Shown here: positions 12,356-28,776 of the stretch, piece by piece | Position numbering within the stretch: the stretch's first letter is position 1 | How the letters are laid out: every line of letters starts with the position of its first letter | Assembly: GCA_951406725.2 (NCBI GenBank) | Contig: OX597818.1 | Coordinates: 83,018,001-83,082,000 of the forward strand | From: Octopus vulgaris | Taxonomy: Eukaryota | Direction of reading: 5' to 3' | DNA length: 64,000 bases | Notes under the pieces: model-generated | Told to the model about the DNA's origin: nothing | Database searches by the model: none | What the model saw: only the letters and a program-made list of their open reading frames with translations | Translations under genes and position numbers: made by a program

Positions 12356-14281
12356 CGTCGAATATTGCTAATATTTAGCAAACTGATGTACATTTGGAGA
12401 GTAAGGCTATTGAATATCAATATTTAGAAGAAAGCTAAATTTATAAAAAAATTCGGTATTAACAAGCATGGTGAGCAATGGAACTAAATCATTGTTAGAT
12501 GCTGCTGTTTCGTGTTTTGGGGGTTACAAAATGGCGAAAGACATCATATCACCAGATCAATGTCCAGTTGTTAAAATTATGAATATAGAAACTTCTAAAG
12601 ATAAGACGCAATTAGAATGTTTTCATAGACAAATCAATTTCTGTGGGATATATATAAATCCGTATTCTGGCCTAGCGAAAGCACGTCGACCAATGATGAA
12701 AATGTTGTTCAACGTCTGTCCACATATTGCTGCATGTATCAGTTTATAAGGAGTTCAATACGAAACACATTTGAATATGTAACGCCAATGTAAGGATCAA
12801 AGACGATGGTTCAGATTTTTGATGTCCTAAACGAGATATCCTTAAGAGTTAATGCAAGTAAAACAGTTGTATCACTAATATATATATTTACTAAACAAAA
12901 AATCTATACTATAATTGTCAACAATGTTAACCATAGCTAAAACATCAAATTCAAATACCAAAAGGGAAACTTTGGTGATTTTATGGTTCACTTGAACAGC
13001 ACGAAGAGAAATGCGTAACTGAATATCAGAATCAATTTTAACGTAATTTTTTTGTGAGAATTATTGTTTATCAAAAGTAGTATTTGATTTAGAACCATGA
13101 AGAAGTTTTTACAAACGATGGCATTTCACTGTGAATCACCATACGTAAAAGGGAGTCAAACATTACACGTTGATGCATCAACACGTTTGGAAACTTTATT
13201 ATTAATGGTGGATTGTATGAATATAATCTCCATGAGGATGATTCCTTGATCCATCTTGGAGAAATTAATGTCACAAAATGCCAATTTAGTGATAATAACT
13301 TTCGTACATAGCCTCGTAAGATCAGAAGTAAACATTTGAAACGTCTCCGTATCATTCTGAATGGAATGGAATTGCTGAAAGGATGGTCACAAATGTTAAA
13401 ATGGATCTGAAAGAATATTCTCTAAATAAAGAAACTATTTATATTTATATATGGCATGCTTTTGAGTTAGCGGACAATTTCTCACCGAGGAAGACTTATT
13501 AATCCTTCTGCTTTGCTATGCAGACAGATATGCGATCACCAATAACAATATAGTTTGAAAATGTAACTGTAGTTGGTGTTGATACAGAAGAAATCATAAA
13601 CCAAACCACTAGCTCGATATTTATCACAAACAGGAAATAAAACCTCTCTGATTCTTAAGGGTGAATAGTCTATGCAAGACCATGCAGATCAAATATACAA
13701 TGACACAAATATTGATAGCGAACAGAATGTAGAATCAGTCCCTCAAGCTTTGAAAGCTATTCCAGACTCTATTAATAAATATTGTAATTTGATAACTGAT
13801 ACAGGAACAAACATTGCAAATGGTGATGCTAGATGATGGCCTCGAAGAACGATAGAAATGAAATCATTTCGTTTCCGGGAGATGTGCTGCTAATGTTAGA
13901 CTAATATTGTTGCAGCGATTGCAAGCGTTTTACATGTTAAGATCATTGAAGGAGGCTACGAGTTCGATATAGGAGATTGGCTATTCAGCTGAATAAAACT
14001 TCTGCATACAAAACTGGATCGTATTATACAACGGATCTGGTTGAATAAATACTGTAATGCACGACATATTTCTATAGTATTTATGACAAACGAACGCTAT
14101 TATAGTACGTATATGCAGATATTATTTGAAGAGATCCCAAACTGATCTTATATGATAGAAGCAAACTTCATCATGTAAAAAATATTTACTTTCATTAAGC
14201 AGCTTGCACATCGTTTCAATACAGAGAAAAATAGTATTATAAGAGTAGTAGAATATATATATATGTGTGTGCGTGTGTGTG

Positions 14282-14339
<58 letters not shown>

Positions 14340-15302
14340 CACAGACACAAAACCCCACACACATACAGAAAAGGACAGAATGTGAAAATTGCGAATGTAA
14401 AATAGGAGTTACATAATGAATAAAACCGAAACTTCAGGCACTTTCCTCTAAAAACGAACTATATTCATTTGTAACAACTGGTTATTAGAACTGCTAAGCT
14501 TAATTGAGATAATAGTGTACCTTCCTACCTACCTACAAGAATACATATATGTATTACATACATATATCCATGTATAATATATATGTATATATAAACATTC
14601 CTGGACCTTGAAGACTGCTTAAATACAAGAGAGTATACTAGTTCCTTAATATTTGATATTCAATATTTCATCTAATCAATAAGATAATCAATACTTCATT
14701 TCATTTTACTATATATACTATTTATACTATATATTCTATATTCTGCATTAATATTATAAAGAATATAAATGAAACATAAAACATAAAAAACAGAGTTGGA
14801 ATTCCTTTGAATAATATATATCCCTCTATACACAATCATACAAAGCCCTTTATATATATATATATATATATGTATATATAAAGTATATATATATGGAGAG
14901 AGAGAGACACACACAAGTATAGATAAAAAAATTATGAATGTGTGTGTGTCTATGTGCGTGTAAGTAAGCATAGGATGTTAAGCTTGAGAGTGACTTTCGA
15001 ATTTCACTGTAGATCGCGTTCGTTAGATTTCGTCCCTACACCTTCCTTCAACGAAACTTCAAATTACGCTAATGGTTTTCTTGTGAACATCATTGTTATT
15101 CTACTGAGACGTATTGCATAATATCTCTGTTGATATTTGACTATTCCCATAATTGTATACACGTACTATATAAGAACGTATATGAATACATACACAGGCA
15201 CACTGGACCCCGTCATAAGCATATGCATAAAGATATAAATATATGATATATGTTATACACACACACGTATATGAATGTATATTTTTAAATATCTGTATAT
15301 CT

Positions 15303-15338
<36 letters not shown>

Positions 15339-15512
15339 ATACACACATACATATATGTATATATATTTATATATATATGCATACATATATATATGCATGC
15401 ATATATATGTAAATATACATACACACACGTATATATATATATAAAGATAGATAAATAGATAGGCAGAGAGACAGAGAGACAGATAGATAGATAGGTAGAT
15501 AGATAAATTGAG

Positions 15513-15567
<55 letters not shown>

Positions 15568-16300
15568 CCTCATATACACCATTTCCTGCAACATTATCAA
15601 CAGCACCAACACAGCTACCACCAATGCTATTACCATTACCATGACGACGACCAGGAACACCACCACAAAACCAACACTAATCCAGCAGCTACAGCAACAG
15701 TAGCAACAACATCTACAACAACAAGATTAAAAAATAAAGAAAGAAATAATCAACAACATCTTAAAAACCGGAAAGGTCGCCTGTTGCAGCCTTTACCTGA
15801 GGCTTGACACTTTCACCGTTGCGAAATTGATAAAAATACGTAGTTATTTTTTTATTTACTCTCTATATCTCATTGTCATTCGGAATAAAATCATCTTCCC
15901 TAATTACCATTTCAATGAAGGATAAGAATAAAAAATAAACACGAAGGCATTACATTGAATACAAGACAATTGTTAGACAAATAATGGAATTGGGTTGTGT
16001 TTTCTTTATGCCCTTATATTTTCTTCTTTGTGTTTCGCGGCTTTTAGAAACATATGTTTATTTTCGGTTTCTTTTTCTTTTCTTCTTTAATTTCCTTCTT
16101 TTTCATTTTTTTTTTTTTGCGTCTATGCTTCATATCGGGAGTTCGTATTCTATACCTTTCATACGTTATGCTTTTTTCTATTTTTTTTCTTTCCATCTCT
16201 GTCAATCAATTGGTCACTCTTTCACTCCCTCTCAATCCCTGTCTTTCTTTCTCTCTCTCTCTCTCAGTACGTATTTATGTAGGCATGTATATATGTAGGC

Positions 16301-16349
<49 letters not shown>

Positions 16350-16355
<6 letters not shown>

Positions 16356-16443
16356 TATATACACCCCCACCACAAATATATATATATATATACATATATA
16401 TGTATGTGTGTATGTATGTATGTATATATGTATGTGTGTATGA

Positions 16444-16504
<61 letters not shown>

Positions 16505-16691
16505 TATTTAAACCCATATATGCATGATATATATTTAATGTATCTATACATTATATATAACTGTCAATATATATGTATGTAACTATTTATTTATCTATCT
16601 ACAGTCTTTCCCTCTCTCTTTGTATATATATAATATATATATATATGTACACACACGAACATATACATGCATACGCATCTCTCTCTCTCTC

Positions 16692-16736
<45 letters not shown>

Positions 16737-16922
16737 GAGAGAGAGAGATGCGTATGCATGTATATGTTCGTGTGTGTACATATATATATATATTATATAT
16801 ATACAAAGAGAGAGGGAAAGACTGCTAGATAGATAAATAAATAGTTACATACATATATATTGACAGTTATATATAATGTATAGATACATTAAATATATAT
16901 CATGCATATATGGGTTTAAATA

Positions 16923-16962
<40 letters not shown>

Positions 16963-17042
16963 CATACATACATACATACATACACACATACATATATATA
17001 TATGTATATATATATTTGTGGTGGGGGTGTATAAGGATGCAT
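16350..17042. repeat. ~690-bp near-perfect palindrome (inverted duplication) centred on (TA)n
   Basis: Unique words mirrored: acacccccaccacaaat/atttgtggtgggggtgt, tttaaacccatat/atatgggtttaaa, cagtctttccctctctctttg/caaagagagagggaaagactg, cacacacgaacat/atgttcgtgtgtg. Confidence 0.95.
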
Positions 17043-17719
17043 AGCAAATATGTACAGGAACAGAAACGAAAGAAGAAACGTAAGTTAAAAAAGAATATAG
17101 AAACATTGGAATATCTGAAGACACTTTCTTTGACCATTACCATTATCACCACTGCCATCACCAACCACAACAATAGCAATAACCACCACTGTCTTAATCC
17201 TCCATTTCCACTTCCTTGTCACTATCAACAGAATCCCCATCATCGTCATTATCCTCATCACCAGAACCACAAGAATACAAAACCTGCATGAGCCTAACAT
17301 TAAAAAACAAACAATTAAGCGGGAAAATAACGTATTCAAAATTCCTGTTCTACGTTGTTTTTTTTTCTGTGCGGTTTGTTTTCCCATTATTTTTTTGTCT
17401 GTTTCTTTTAGGGAGCAGGGCTTATTTTTGGAGAAATGGTTCCCTCGGGGCTTTTTGATATTATGGCACCTTGCTGGGGTAATAATGTAATAATAATAGC
17501 AATATCAACAACGTGAATGACTCTAAGGAAAATATGGAAGTACACAACGAGAAGTAAATACACTAGCAGCAATTATAGACAACGAACGACAATATGGAGA
17601 ATATATAAAATACATATAGGAGAGACTGAATAATGAAGGAAGCCAATATGGAGTCGGAGAAGGAGCAGATGAAATACAAAGAAAGGAAGGGAGAAGGAAA
17701 GAGAGTAAGAACAAAGATG

Positions 17720-17893
17720 ACTATGATGATGATAATGATGATGATGATGATGATGACGACGACGAAGTGGAAGACGGGAAAAGTGGAGGGAGAGAATGGG
17801 AAACAAATATAAAAGAAAACAGAAGAAATTCAAGTAGTAGTAGTAGTAGTGGTAGCAGCCGCATTGGTAGTAATAGCAGTTGTAGTAATAGTG

Positions 17894-17937
<44 letters not shown>

Positions 17938-18147
17938 TGTAGGTGGAGGAGGAGAAGGAGCAATAAAAGAGGGAGACGGTGGCGAGAAGAGATAAATGGA
18001 AGAAGAAAAGGAAAGAAAGATGTGAAAGGAAAAGTAGGAGAAGGTAAGTAGAAAAAGAAGAAACAGAAGAAATGAGGTATAAGAAGAAACGGAGGAGGCG
18101 GGTGAGGAGGAGTAGGAAGAGGAAGAGGAGAAGAAGCGGAAGAAGAC

Positions 18148-18199
<52 letters not shown>

Positions 18200-18420
18200 A
18201 AGAAGAAGAAGAAGAAGAAGAAGAAGAAGAAGAAGAAGAAAAAAAAAGAAGGATGAGTGGGAGGAGAAGCATCGAAGAAATGGAAATACTACCAGAACAA
18301 TAATGTAAAAAACAATAACAACAACTTCAACAACAAGTGTAACTGATTGGTTGTCAGAAAGGGAAACATAGAATCGAAAGAAAACAACAACAACAACAAC
18401 AACCAACAACAACAATAACG
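17720..18420. repeat. Mixed (GAT)n/(AGT)n/(AGA)n/(AAC)n low-complexity block
   Basis: Directly visible; source of the 300-aa poly-L/Y ORF. Confidence 0.9.
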
Positions 18421-18929
18421 AAAAAGAAAATCTGCGTGTCCGACTGGTTAATACAAGCCTCATTGAAACTCGCAAAACATTGAAGTGGTCTGAGCGAAAA
18501 GGAGATTAAATATGCGTATATGTGTGTGTATGTGTGTGTGTGTGTGTGTATGCGTGCGTGTGTGTGTGTGTGTGTGTTTGTGTGTATGTGTGTAGATTGT
18601 GGATTTTATGTTGGCATGTAATGCAGATTAGGGAGGTATATGTCTAATTGTATGTTTTGTGTCTGCGCATGAATGTATGGGTGTACGTGTTTGTGTATTT
18701 GTCGAATATGGCGATGGGGAATGATTTGTTTTTGTTTATGCTTTATCCTAGTATGATCAGGTTCTGTGTGCGCATGCGTTTTCTTAAATTGGATGTTTAT
18801 TTATGCAGCCATTCATGCCGTTGTGCATAATAAGATGTGACAGGTTAACTGGCCCTTACATATATGTACATTCATACATACGTTGATATTTCCGTCCCTA
18901 CGTACATGAATATACGCACACAAACATAG

Positions 18930-18967
<38 letters not shown>

Positions 18968-19001
18968 GTAAATAGACTGGTAGATATGGGAGTAAATAGA
19001 T

Positions 19002-19107
<106 letters not shown>

Positions 19108-19362
19108 GTAGATAAATAGATATATAGATAGACGTGTAGAAAATATGTGTGTGCCCGTTGTTTGCGTATATAAATACATACATGCATTCGTACATATCGC
19201 ATATGTGTATATGATATATACATTATATACACACACATACATTCATACATACATGCATAATACATACATACATACATACATACACACATATATTCATACA
19301 TACATAATACATACACACATACATATATAAATGCATAGATGCATACGTATGTATGTATATAA

Positions 19363-19404
<42 letters not shown>

Positions 19405-20648
19405 ATATGTATATATATCGATGTAGACATATGTTAAAATATGTGTGCATACAAGCACACACATATATGCCCGTACATGTTTTTTGCCCACATACGCATA
19501 TATTTTCTGGTTTATTTCTGTCATTTCAACTCCCCTGTTTTCGCTTGTTGCCCGGTTTCTCATGTTTTTCAAATATTTAGCTATTCTGGGAGGCCATGCT
19601 GTCACTGCGAGTATTTGTGCACATTTACAATCTCTACGTAACTTTCTTTAAGCAAATACATACACACCCTCACTCACACACACACATACACACACACCCA
19701 CACTCTCTCTCTCACACACACACATAAGCACACACACGTACACACACCGAAATACGTATTTTCCTTGCATTCATTTATTACTCCTTTCAGTTATTGGACT
19801 TCAGCCATACTGGTGGTTTGCTATTTCACCAGAAGTTAATTTATCGGTAACTTTAGCCGAACTGCTAGCTTACGTGGGAGTATACTCGCCCTCACACCAC
19901 CAGTTGTTAAGCAATTGCGTGTTGTTAAAGTAAACGCAGAGACATCAATATGCAAGCATATACATATATGCATATTTAAATAGAGATAGATTATTCGGGC
20001 TAGATTGACGATTTTTATGTCACCCTTTTTTTAAGAACCGCTTGACACAGATGATCACTCAACGACGTTGAAGAGGATAACAAGTAATGTTGTAGTAGAA
20101 TGAAGGCTATGACATTGTGACTGTTGTTCAATGCTCTGTGAACAGTCTAAACAATGTAGGACTAAGATATCCAATTTCACCCATGGTCTTTGGGTGTGAC
20201 TCTTGTGAAGGTTATGTCGTAACGCTCTACATCTTAGTTTATTTAGATATACTTATTTACGTATGTATATTTAGATACACACATATATATATGCATGTTA
20301 CGTATCTTTATATACACATACATATATGTATGTATATAATCTCATTCCGGACGCATGTAAAACGAACCTCCACCAACTATTCTGCCTCTATATCTGTGCA
20401 CATCTTTCAATGCAGTATACGCCATTAGGTCTGCAGATTTATCGTAGGCCTCAAAAGACATTTTGAGATCATAAAGATCAGATCATATCTGCAGCTTATG
20501 GTGGTTCAAATCAGATATGCAATCTATGTGGATGTCTTTTCAATACATTGTTTGATTTAAGGCGTCTCATCAGACACCATGATTGATCTAAGGTGTAAAT
20601 ACAAGGGGTGGCCAGAGTCTGTATAAGGAGTAGACCATCACGTTATAT

Positions 20649-21876
<1,228 letters not shown>

Positions 21877-21929
21877 ATACATACATATGTACATGCACAG
21901 GTACATAGATATATTCGTATATTCTTTCA

Positions 21930-22313
21930 TTCTTTTCTTGTATTTGTTTCAGTCATTTGACTGCAGCCATGCGGAAGCACCACCTTTAGTCGAACAAATC
22001 GACGCCAAGACTTATTCTTTGTAAGCAAGATACTTATTCTATCGGCCACTTAGGCTGAACCGCTAGTTTACGGTAACATAAACGCACCAACATCGGTTGT
22101 CAAGCGATGGCGAAGGGGTGACAATACGGACACGGACACATATACATATGTATAATTAGGTACATACGCCGGGCTTCTCTCAGTTTCCGTCTACCAAATC
22201 CGGTCACAAGGCTTCAGACGGCCCGAGGCTATAGTAGAAGACACTTACCCGAGGTGTCACGCAGAGGGACCGAACCCAGAGCCATATGCTTGGGAAGCAA
22301 GTTTCTTACCACA
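21930..22313 (-). mobile_element. Group C SINE
   Basis: cagtttccgtctaccaaatc..ggcccgaggctatagtagaagacactt and tail tttcagtcatttgactgcagccatgc. Confidence 0.85.
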
Positions 22314-22388
22314 CAATATATATATATATTTATACATACCTACATATCTATATAGATGTATTAGATATATGCATATATACATGCATAC

Positions 22389-22815
22389 AAGGCGGCTAGC
22401 AGGCAGAATCCTTAACGATCCGGGCGAAAAGCTTTGTGGTATTTCGTCCGCCGCTGCATTCTGAGTTCAAATTCTGCCAAGGTCGACTTTGCCTTTCATC
22501 ATTTCGGGGTCGATAAATTAAGTACCAGTGACGCACTGGGTTCGATGTAATCGACTTAATCCGTTTGTCTGTACTTGTTTGTCCCCTCTATGTTTAGCCA
22601 CTTGTGGGTTCTAAAGAAATAGAAATAGGTATTTCGTCTATCATTACATTCTGAGTTCTAATTCCGCCGAGGTCGACTTTGCCTTTCATCTTTTCGGGGT
22701 CGATTAAATAAGTACCAGTTACGCACTGGGGTCGATGTAATCGACTTAATCCCTTTGTCCTTGTTTGTCACCTCTATGTTTAGCCCCTTGAAGGCGATAA
22801 AGAAATAAAAATAGA
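22389..22815 (+). mobile_element. Group A SINE head-to-tail dimer (tail type A)
   Basis: One head, two cores and tails; junction gaaatag|gtatttcgtc at about 22628; flanking repeat gatatatgcatat. Confidence 0.85.
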
Positions 22816-23392
22816 AATAAGATATATGCATATATGTATATATGCATATCTAAATGTACATAAATACCTATGTGTGTGTGTGTATGCATGAGAATATACA
22901 TATGTACATGCATATATATATTTATATATATGTGTGTGTATATATATATTTATATATATACATATATATATATGCATTCACACATGCGTATATATTTATA
23001 AACAATCATAGTAGTGAAGCGCGAGTAGTAATTATAATATAAACACATGGTGTGTGTGTGTGAGTGTGTGTATGCATATATGTTCGGATATACATGCACA
23101 CACGCACACATATATATATACTGCATAATGTATGAACTTTACATTTATATATGTATATGTGTGCGTTTGTCGGGTTGTGTATGTATGTATTTACAATGGA
23201 CAGATGGAATAATACAAATTTGATCGACCAGGAATATTTAGGACCGCGCGGATTACAATCAATGCATCTCATGTGTTTCCACGAATTTTCAATTAGTTTG
23301 CCTCGGGCCGTCACCATGTGAACAGTTCATGAATTGTTTGTGCATTTTTATCTACAAGAAGCTTTGCTGTTTTATGGAAATTGCCCTTCGTA

Positions 23393-23460
<68 letters not shown>

Positions 23461-23464
23461 CAAC

Positions 23465-23526
<62 letters not shown>

Positions 23527-23831
23527 TAAATAATAATAAAAAAGCGAGAGAAATTCTTATATTGCAAATGCTTCTTGTTTGAAAAGGTAAAAATAAAACA
23601 TACTTGCAATTACCTTCGAACAATAATTCGATGCGATGGAACTCTGTACACGTGACAATGGTAATTCGGAAATTGACAGAGATTTTACTGTGCCTGAATT
23701 ATTTGGTCCGAATTACAAATGTATTCGTGTGTGTGCGTGTGTGCGTGCGTGCGTGTGTGTGTGTGTACTCGCGTGTGTATACATATAGATAAAAAGATAC
23801 AAAATATATCTACCTTTGTAACTACCTAGCC

Positions 23832-23912
<81 letters not shown>

Positions 23913-24334
23913 AAAGTATATATATATGTATGCCTGGATGGATGGATGGATGGATATACAAATATGCAGGGGATATAAGTAAAAGAAAATTTGCAACAGT
24001 TTTGTTTTGCTTCGTATTTTCCAAGCTAATACAAAAATTGAAGCATTAAGTTAATAAAAATGGAATTTCTTCTGCTGTAGGGATTGAGGATTGTACCAAT
24101 CCAACATCTGAACAACCAATCTAACATCTGAAGTATGTCTGCAACCATAAAAATTATGAGAATTAATTCATCATTGGAAGACTATTGAATAGATGTGTTT
24201 GCTGGTGTGATTTAATTAAGAAGTCAACTGGATTGTGTAAAACATTGTTGGGTCATAGCTAGAAAAGAGATCCCTTTCCTGAAAAATATAAAGCGTGCTA
24301 CCTTAAACAAAATAAATATTTAACGTGAACAAAG

Positions 24335-24965
24335 CTTATTATTTTATGATCGAACGTCTTCAACAATATTTAGTCTTGTACATGTAAAATAAACCAGTCA
24401 TGTCACAAAACCCTTTGAAACTTCTTTGATGTTGTTATTTGCTGGAAAGAAAGACGCAAGCTTATACTAATGGCTATTTATTCTTCAGAAAATATGTTTG
24501 GCAAAGACTATCCCCTTCGATCTATCGCGATTTCTGTAGGTCAACAACTTACTTAGGTACCCAAGTCACTTTAGAAGTCTATTTTCATTTTTTTTTTAAT
24601 ATTCTGCTTCTTTTTTCTTTAATTTTTTATCTAGTTTCTGAGGAGAGTATTTAAAGTAAGCAATATTACATTTTAAACAATTCAAGGTATTGATTCTGCT
24701 CATGGAATTTCACGTGATCACATAATCAAGGAATGACCTTAACATCGAAATCCTGATACAAAAATCTTTTGTACATACAGTTGCTCAGAAACCAGGTGGC
24801 AACGCATTTTCCTTCGTTACCTTCCATGTTAAATAAAAACGAGAAAACCTGCCAATGACAATAGCCGACATGCTTAAGAGGAAATAACTTCGTGCAGTAT
24901 GCACCGTAATCACAAACATTTTCTCAAATTCAATAAATACTTTTAGAAAGAACATTCATTGAGAA
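24335..24965 (+). mobile_element. Possible MULE (Mutator-like) transposase fossil
   Basis: Ordered weak motifs FYDRT, CYLLERKTQAY, LSPSIYRDF, VYFHF, KYF-ERTFIE resemble MULE DGTF..LLxxKxxxxY..PxxIxxDFE..CxFH..YFExTxI; recognised by eye only. Confidence 0.4.
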
Positions 24966-25092
24966 ACACCTTGATTCGATGAACTTGACAATAAAATGCT
25001 TATGGATATCCATGCAAAAACATAGAAAACTTTTCTAATTATGATTTTGTTATTGTATATGAACAGAAGCAATCGAAGAAGCGAGTAACAAT

Positions 25093-26145
25093 ATTTTCTA
25101 CTAAACGAACAATACATGAAATTTTGGGTAAGTAAAGTTGCGGAAGTCGATTACAATGACGCAAGTTCTCAACCAGTATTTAAGGATAACAGGCGAAATC
25201 AACCTCAACGAATTTCAAACAGAGAACGTAAACGCAGATGAAATGCCGCATAGCGTCTTGTCCAGCGTGCTAACGATTCTGCCAACTCACCAAGTTAGAA
25301 GCAAGTAATAATTGTTTCTTATTTCTTTATTGCCCACAAGGGGCTAAACATAGAGGAGACAAACAAGGACAGACAAAGGGATTGAGTGGATTACATCGAC
25401 CCCAGTGCGTAACTGTTACTTATTTAATCGACCCCGAAAGGATGAAAAGCAAAGTGGACCTCGGTGGAATTTGAACTCTGAACATAACAGCAGACAAAAT
25501 ACCTATTTCTTTACTACCCACAAGGGGCGAAACACAGAGGACAAACAAAGACAGACAAAGGGATTAAGTCGATTATATCGACCCCAATGCGTAACTGGTA
25601 CTCATTTAATCGACCTCGAACGGATGAAACGCAAAGTTGACCTCGGCGGAATTTGAACTCAGAGCGTAACGGCGGACGAAATACGGCTACGCATTTCGCC
25701 CGGCATGCTAACGTTTCTGCCAGCTCGCTGCCTCGTTTATATTATACGCAATAATCATTTCTATTATACACAAATGGACTGAAATTTTGGGGGAGATGTG
25801 TAGTCGACTACATTGAGCCTTGAAAGGATGAAAAGCAAAGTTGGTGTCGGCGGAATTTTGAACTCAAAACATAAAGACTGATGAATTATGCTAAGTATTT
25901 TCAACGGCCTGCTACCGATACTGCCATTTCACCGCCATATATGCAGGTAATAATGATTTCAGATTATAGCACAAGGTCAACAATTTCGTGGGACTGGGTA
26001 AGTCAGTTACACCAATCCAGTTGCTCAAGTGTTACCTATTTTATCGAACCGGGAAGGATGAAAGGTGAAGTCGAATTGAGCGGAATTTGAACTCAGAACG
26101 TACAGGCAGATAAACGATTCTGTCAGGCAAACGATTCTACCTTAG
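25093..26145 (-). mobile_element. Cluster of about 5 co-oriented group A SINEs including a dimer (25316-25733)
   Basis: Repeated core; probable TSD agaagcgagtaacaat/agaagcaagtaataat around the first copy. Confidence 0.85.
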
Positions 26146-28000
26146 TTGCAGATAATAAAGAAAACGATGCGAATAAGCAAATAAAGAACCTCTCTATAAA
26201 AACAACAAAAGGAAAATGAAAAGGCATTTAAAAAAGTGAAGGCGTTAAATGAAATGTTGACACATACCGTTCGAAGCAGCAGAAGAATCATGAAAGTGCG
26301 CGAAAAACTCCATTAAGATTTTTCTAAATTGCAAGAGTCTGTTTGAAGATCTGAAGAAAGAGTTCTAGTTGCAACGTATACTGTTTTATTGTCTAAAAAA
26401 GATAATGTACGTAATATTGTCTGTGTATTCTTCTTTTGCTGTGTCAACATTTAGAATTCACTTAAATTTCCAAATTTCAGAGAATAATTATATGTTTCCC
26501 CAAAATTCAAATATTTCCTTTTCCAAAATAAATGTACTTTATTGCATTATTTATAATGTATATTAAAAAATATATTCAATATACTCATTTTATTATATTT
26601 TGGTATTAAATAAAATTTAAGAAATAAATATGCAATACACTTTCTAGAAATTTTTATTGAACGTTTTCATGGGGCTGAAATAAATATACACTGGATGTAT
26701 ATATAATTTAAAATATGAAGAAGTACATATATTTTGTTTTTATGAAGAGAACAAAGAAGTCAACACAAGAAAATTTAAATCGTAAAACGATATATAATAT
26801 AAAATTATTCTAGATTCTCTAGGTAAAATATTTGAATATATGAAATAGAAACAAAGCTAAGACTCCGAAGGATTTGATATTTATCATCCCCGAGTACACT
26901 CAACAGAAAAGGGAAGTTTAACGTGAATAATAATATTTATTTCACAAAAAGTCGATATTAAAAATATTTGAAAGGTCAAAGTTCTAAGCTAGAATGCAAA
27001 TGATTGGAATGTGTCATATCTAATATTTTAACCACAGAGTCCAGATAAATATATTGCAGAATTTCACTTAAATCACAAAAGAATTGATTTCAATTCACAT
27101 GTAACATACACACGTACACACATGTACGCACAAACACTCACTCACATATCCACACACAATTGCAGAGGCGTGGACACACGTACTTGCACATACGTATTTA
27201 GTAACATCGGGAAACACCAAATAAATCACTTTTAGCGTTGTACTACGAAGTAGAAAAAAATTTATAACCAAAACATCCTTCAATGGAAAAAGTCGAACGC
27301 TGTCTATGGTTGAAATCGTAATCATAGTAACAATGAATAGAACACATGGTCTGCAGTTGTCCATAAGTCAGGAAACAAGATTTCCATGGGACTACTAACC
27401 AGGACTATATATTTACCTCGAGCATTAAAGAGGCTATTAGTTTTCGGGTAGATGGTCTGAAGAATCGTGAGTATTGTCAAATCCCGTAATAGTTGCGAAA
27501 CCAATTGCAAGTTTCTGGGCAGTTATTTTCTATATCCAGGAATATTTTTTATATAAGTTATTATTCTTTATCTTCCTCTTTATTTATCAACGCGTGTATA
27601 CATCATAGGGGCACTGGGACATGTAGCTCACTGCCTAAATACCAATCACGAGAAATTAGGCTTCTCAAAACCAGAAAAGAGAAAGCTGATTCGAAGGCTA
27701 CAGATCCAGCCCATCAGTAGCACTTTAAAAATCTGTAGAACTTTCCAGGAGTTTATCATTAAAATATATATGAGGATGTCTAGATATACAAGTATATGCA
27801 TGAGAAGACATACATAAAACAAAGCATAAACATCTGCACGTGTACATACATAAAAACCAAAGCTAACTTCTTGTTGGTATTGGATCTAGGTTAGAAAACG
27901 TCCCTTTCTCTATTGACAAGAAATCTTGAAATAAAACTGAATAATGATATACATACATACACACATATATAAGGTTGTATATATATATATATATATATTG

Positions 28001-28085
<85 letters not shown>

Positions 28086-28103
28086 ATATATATATATATA
28101 TAT

Positions 28104-28285
<182 letters not shown>

Positions 28286-28722
28286 CTTATACACATATAT
28301 ATCTGTATATAATAAAATGTAGTATAATAGGACGATGAATTAGTATACAAAAAAGAGGAAAAAACAAACAAATGTGGAAGCGTTCTCCCCCTTCATTATC
28401 AACCAAAAATCATCGTGATTTCGACACATTTTCGATAATATTGTGCAGTTTCGCGGCGCCATTACTAAATCTACAAGGATGCAAATCAGAGGAAATGAAG
28501 GGCAGAGTGTGAAAAACTTGGAAAAAGACGGTGTATCTAAAGTGAACAGCAAAATAAGCACGTGATGATAATAATGGTAAAATATATAAAATGAAAACAT
28601 AAAGGCAGTAACGAAAAATATAAACATAATAAACAACACATTTACATTCATAGTAGGCCTTTCTACAGACATACTACAGACATAAGCGTGTGTGCTTGTG
28701 AGCCTGCGTGCGTGCGTGTGTT

Positions 28723-28776
<54 letters not shown>

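Larger units (their letters stand above)
10100..14030 (+). mobile_element. Heavily decayed Ty3/Gypsy LTR retrotransposon (Mag-like): gag-PR-RT-RH-IN relics plus putative 3' LTR
   Basis: Ordered motifs: MLVDT (PR, ~11120); ISPLVVV*KAHGDLRICWSYKV (RT, ~11550); KAYYQI and THRVFLRLVHVPF (~11920-12015); VYNDEIFV (YxDD-like, 12152); GYKMAKDIISPD..DKTQLECF..INFCGIYI (~12520); SPYHSEWNGIAERMVTNVK (IN, ~13340); MLLS*RT. Purine tract followed by TG...CA at 13883-14030 containing aataaa. 5' LTR not identified. Confidence 0.8.

Noticed and set aside
17573-18475. 300-aa ORF and similar long ORFs (31277-32110, 18813-19430, 8786-9196, 48602-49114)
   Set aside because: Translations of stop-free microsatellites; no domain content.
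20525-20580. Minus-strand CTGATGA...GAAA hammerhead-like spacing
   Set aside because: Helix II does not pair and there is no helix III or UH site.
22389-22815. Repeated palindrome-rich units resembling a CRISPR or satellite array
   Set aside because: Units are ~185-bp SINE monomers dispersed across the window, with no unique spacers and no cas genes.
27320-27525. Possible degraded RTE reverse transcriptase on the minus strand (PETCNWFR)
   Set aside because: Only one weak motif; not enough to call without a search.
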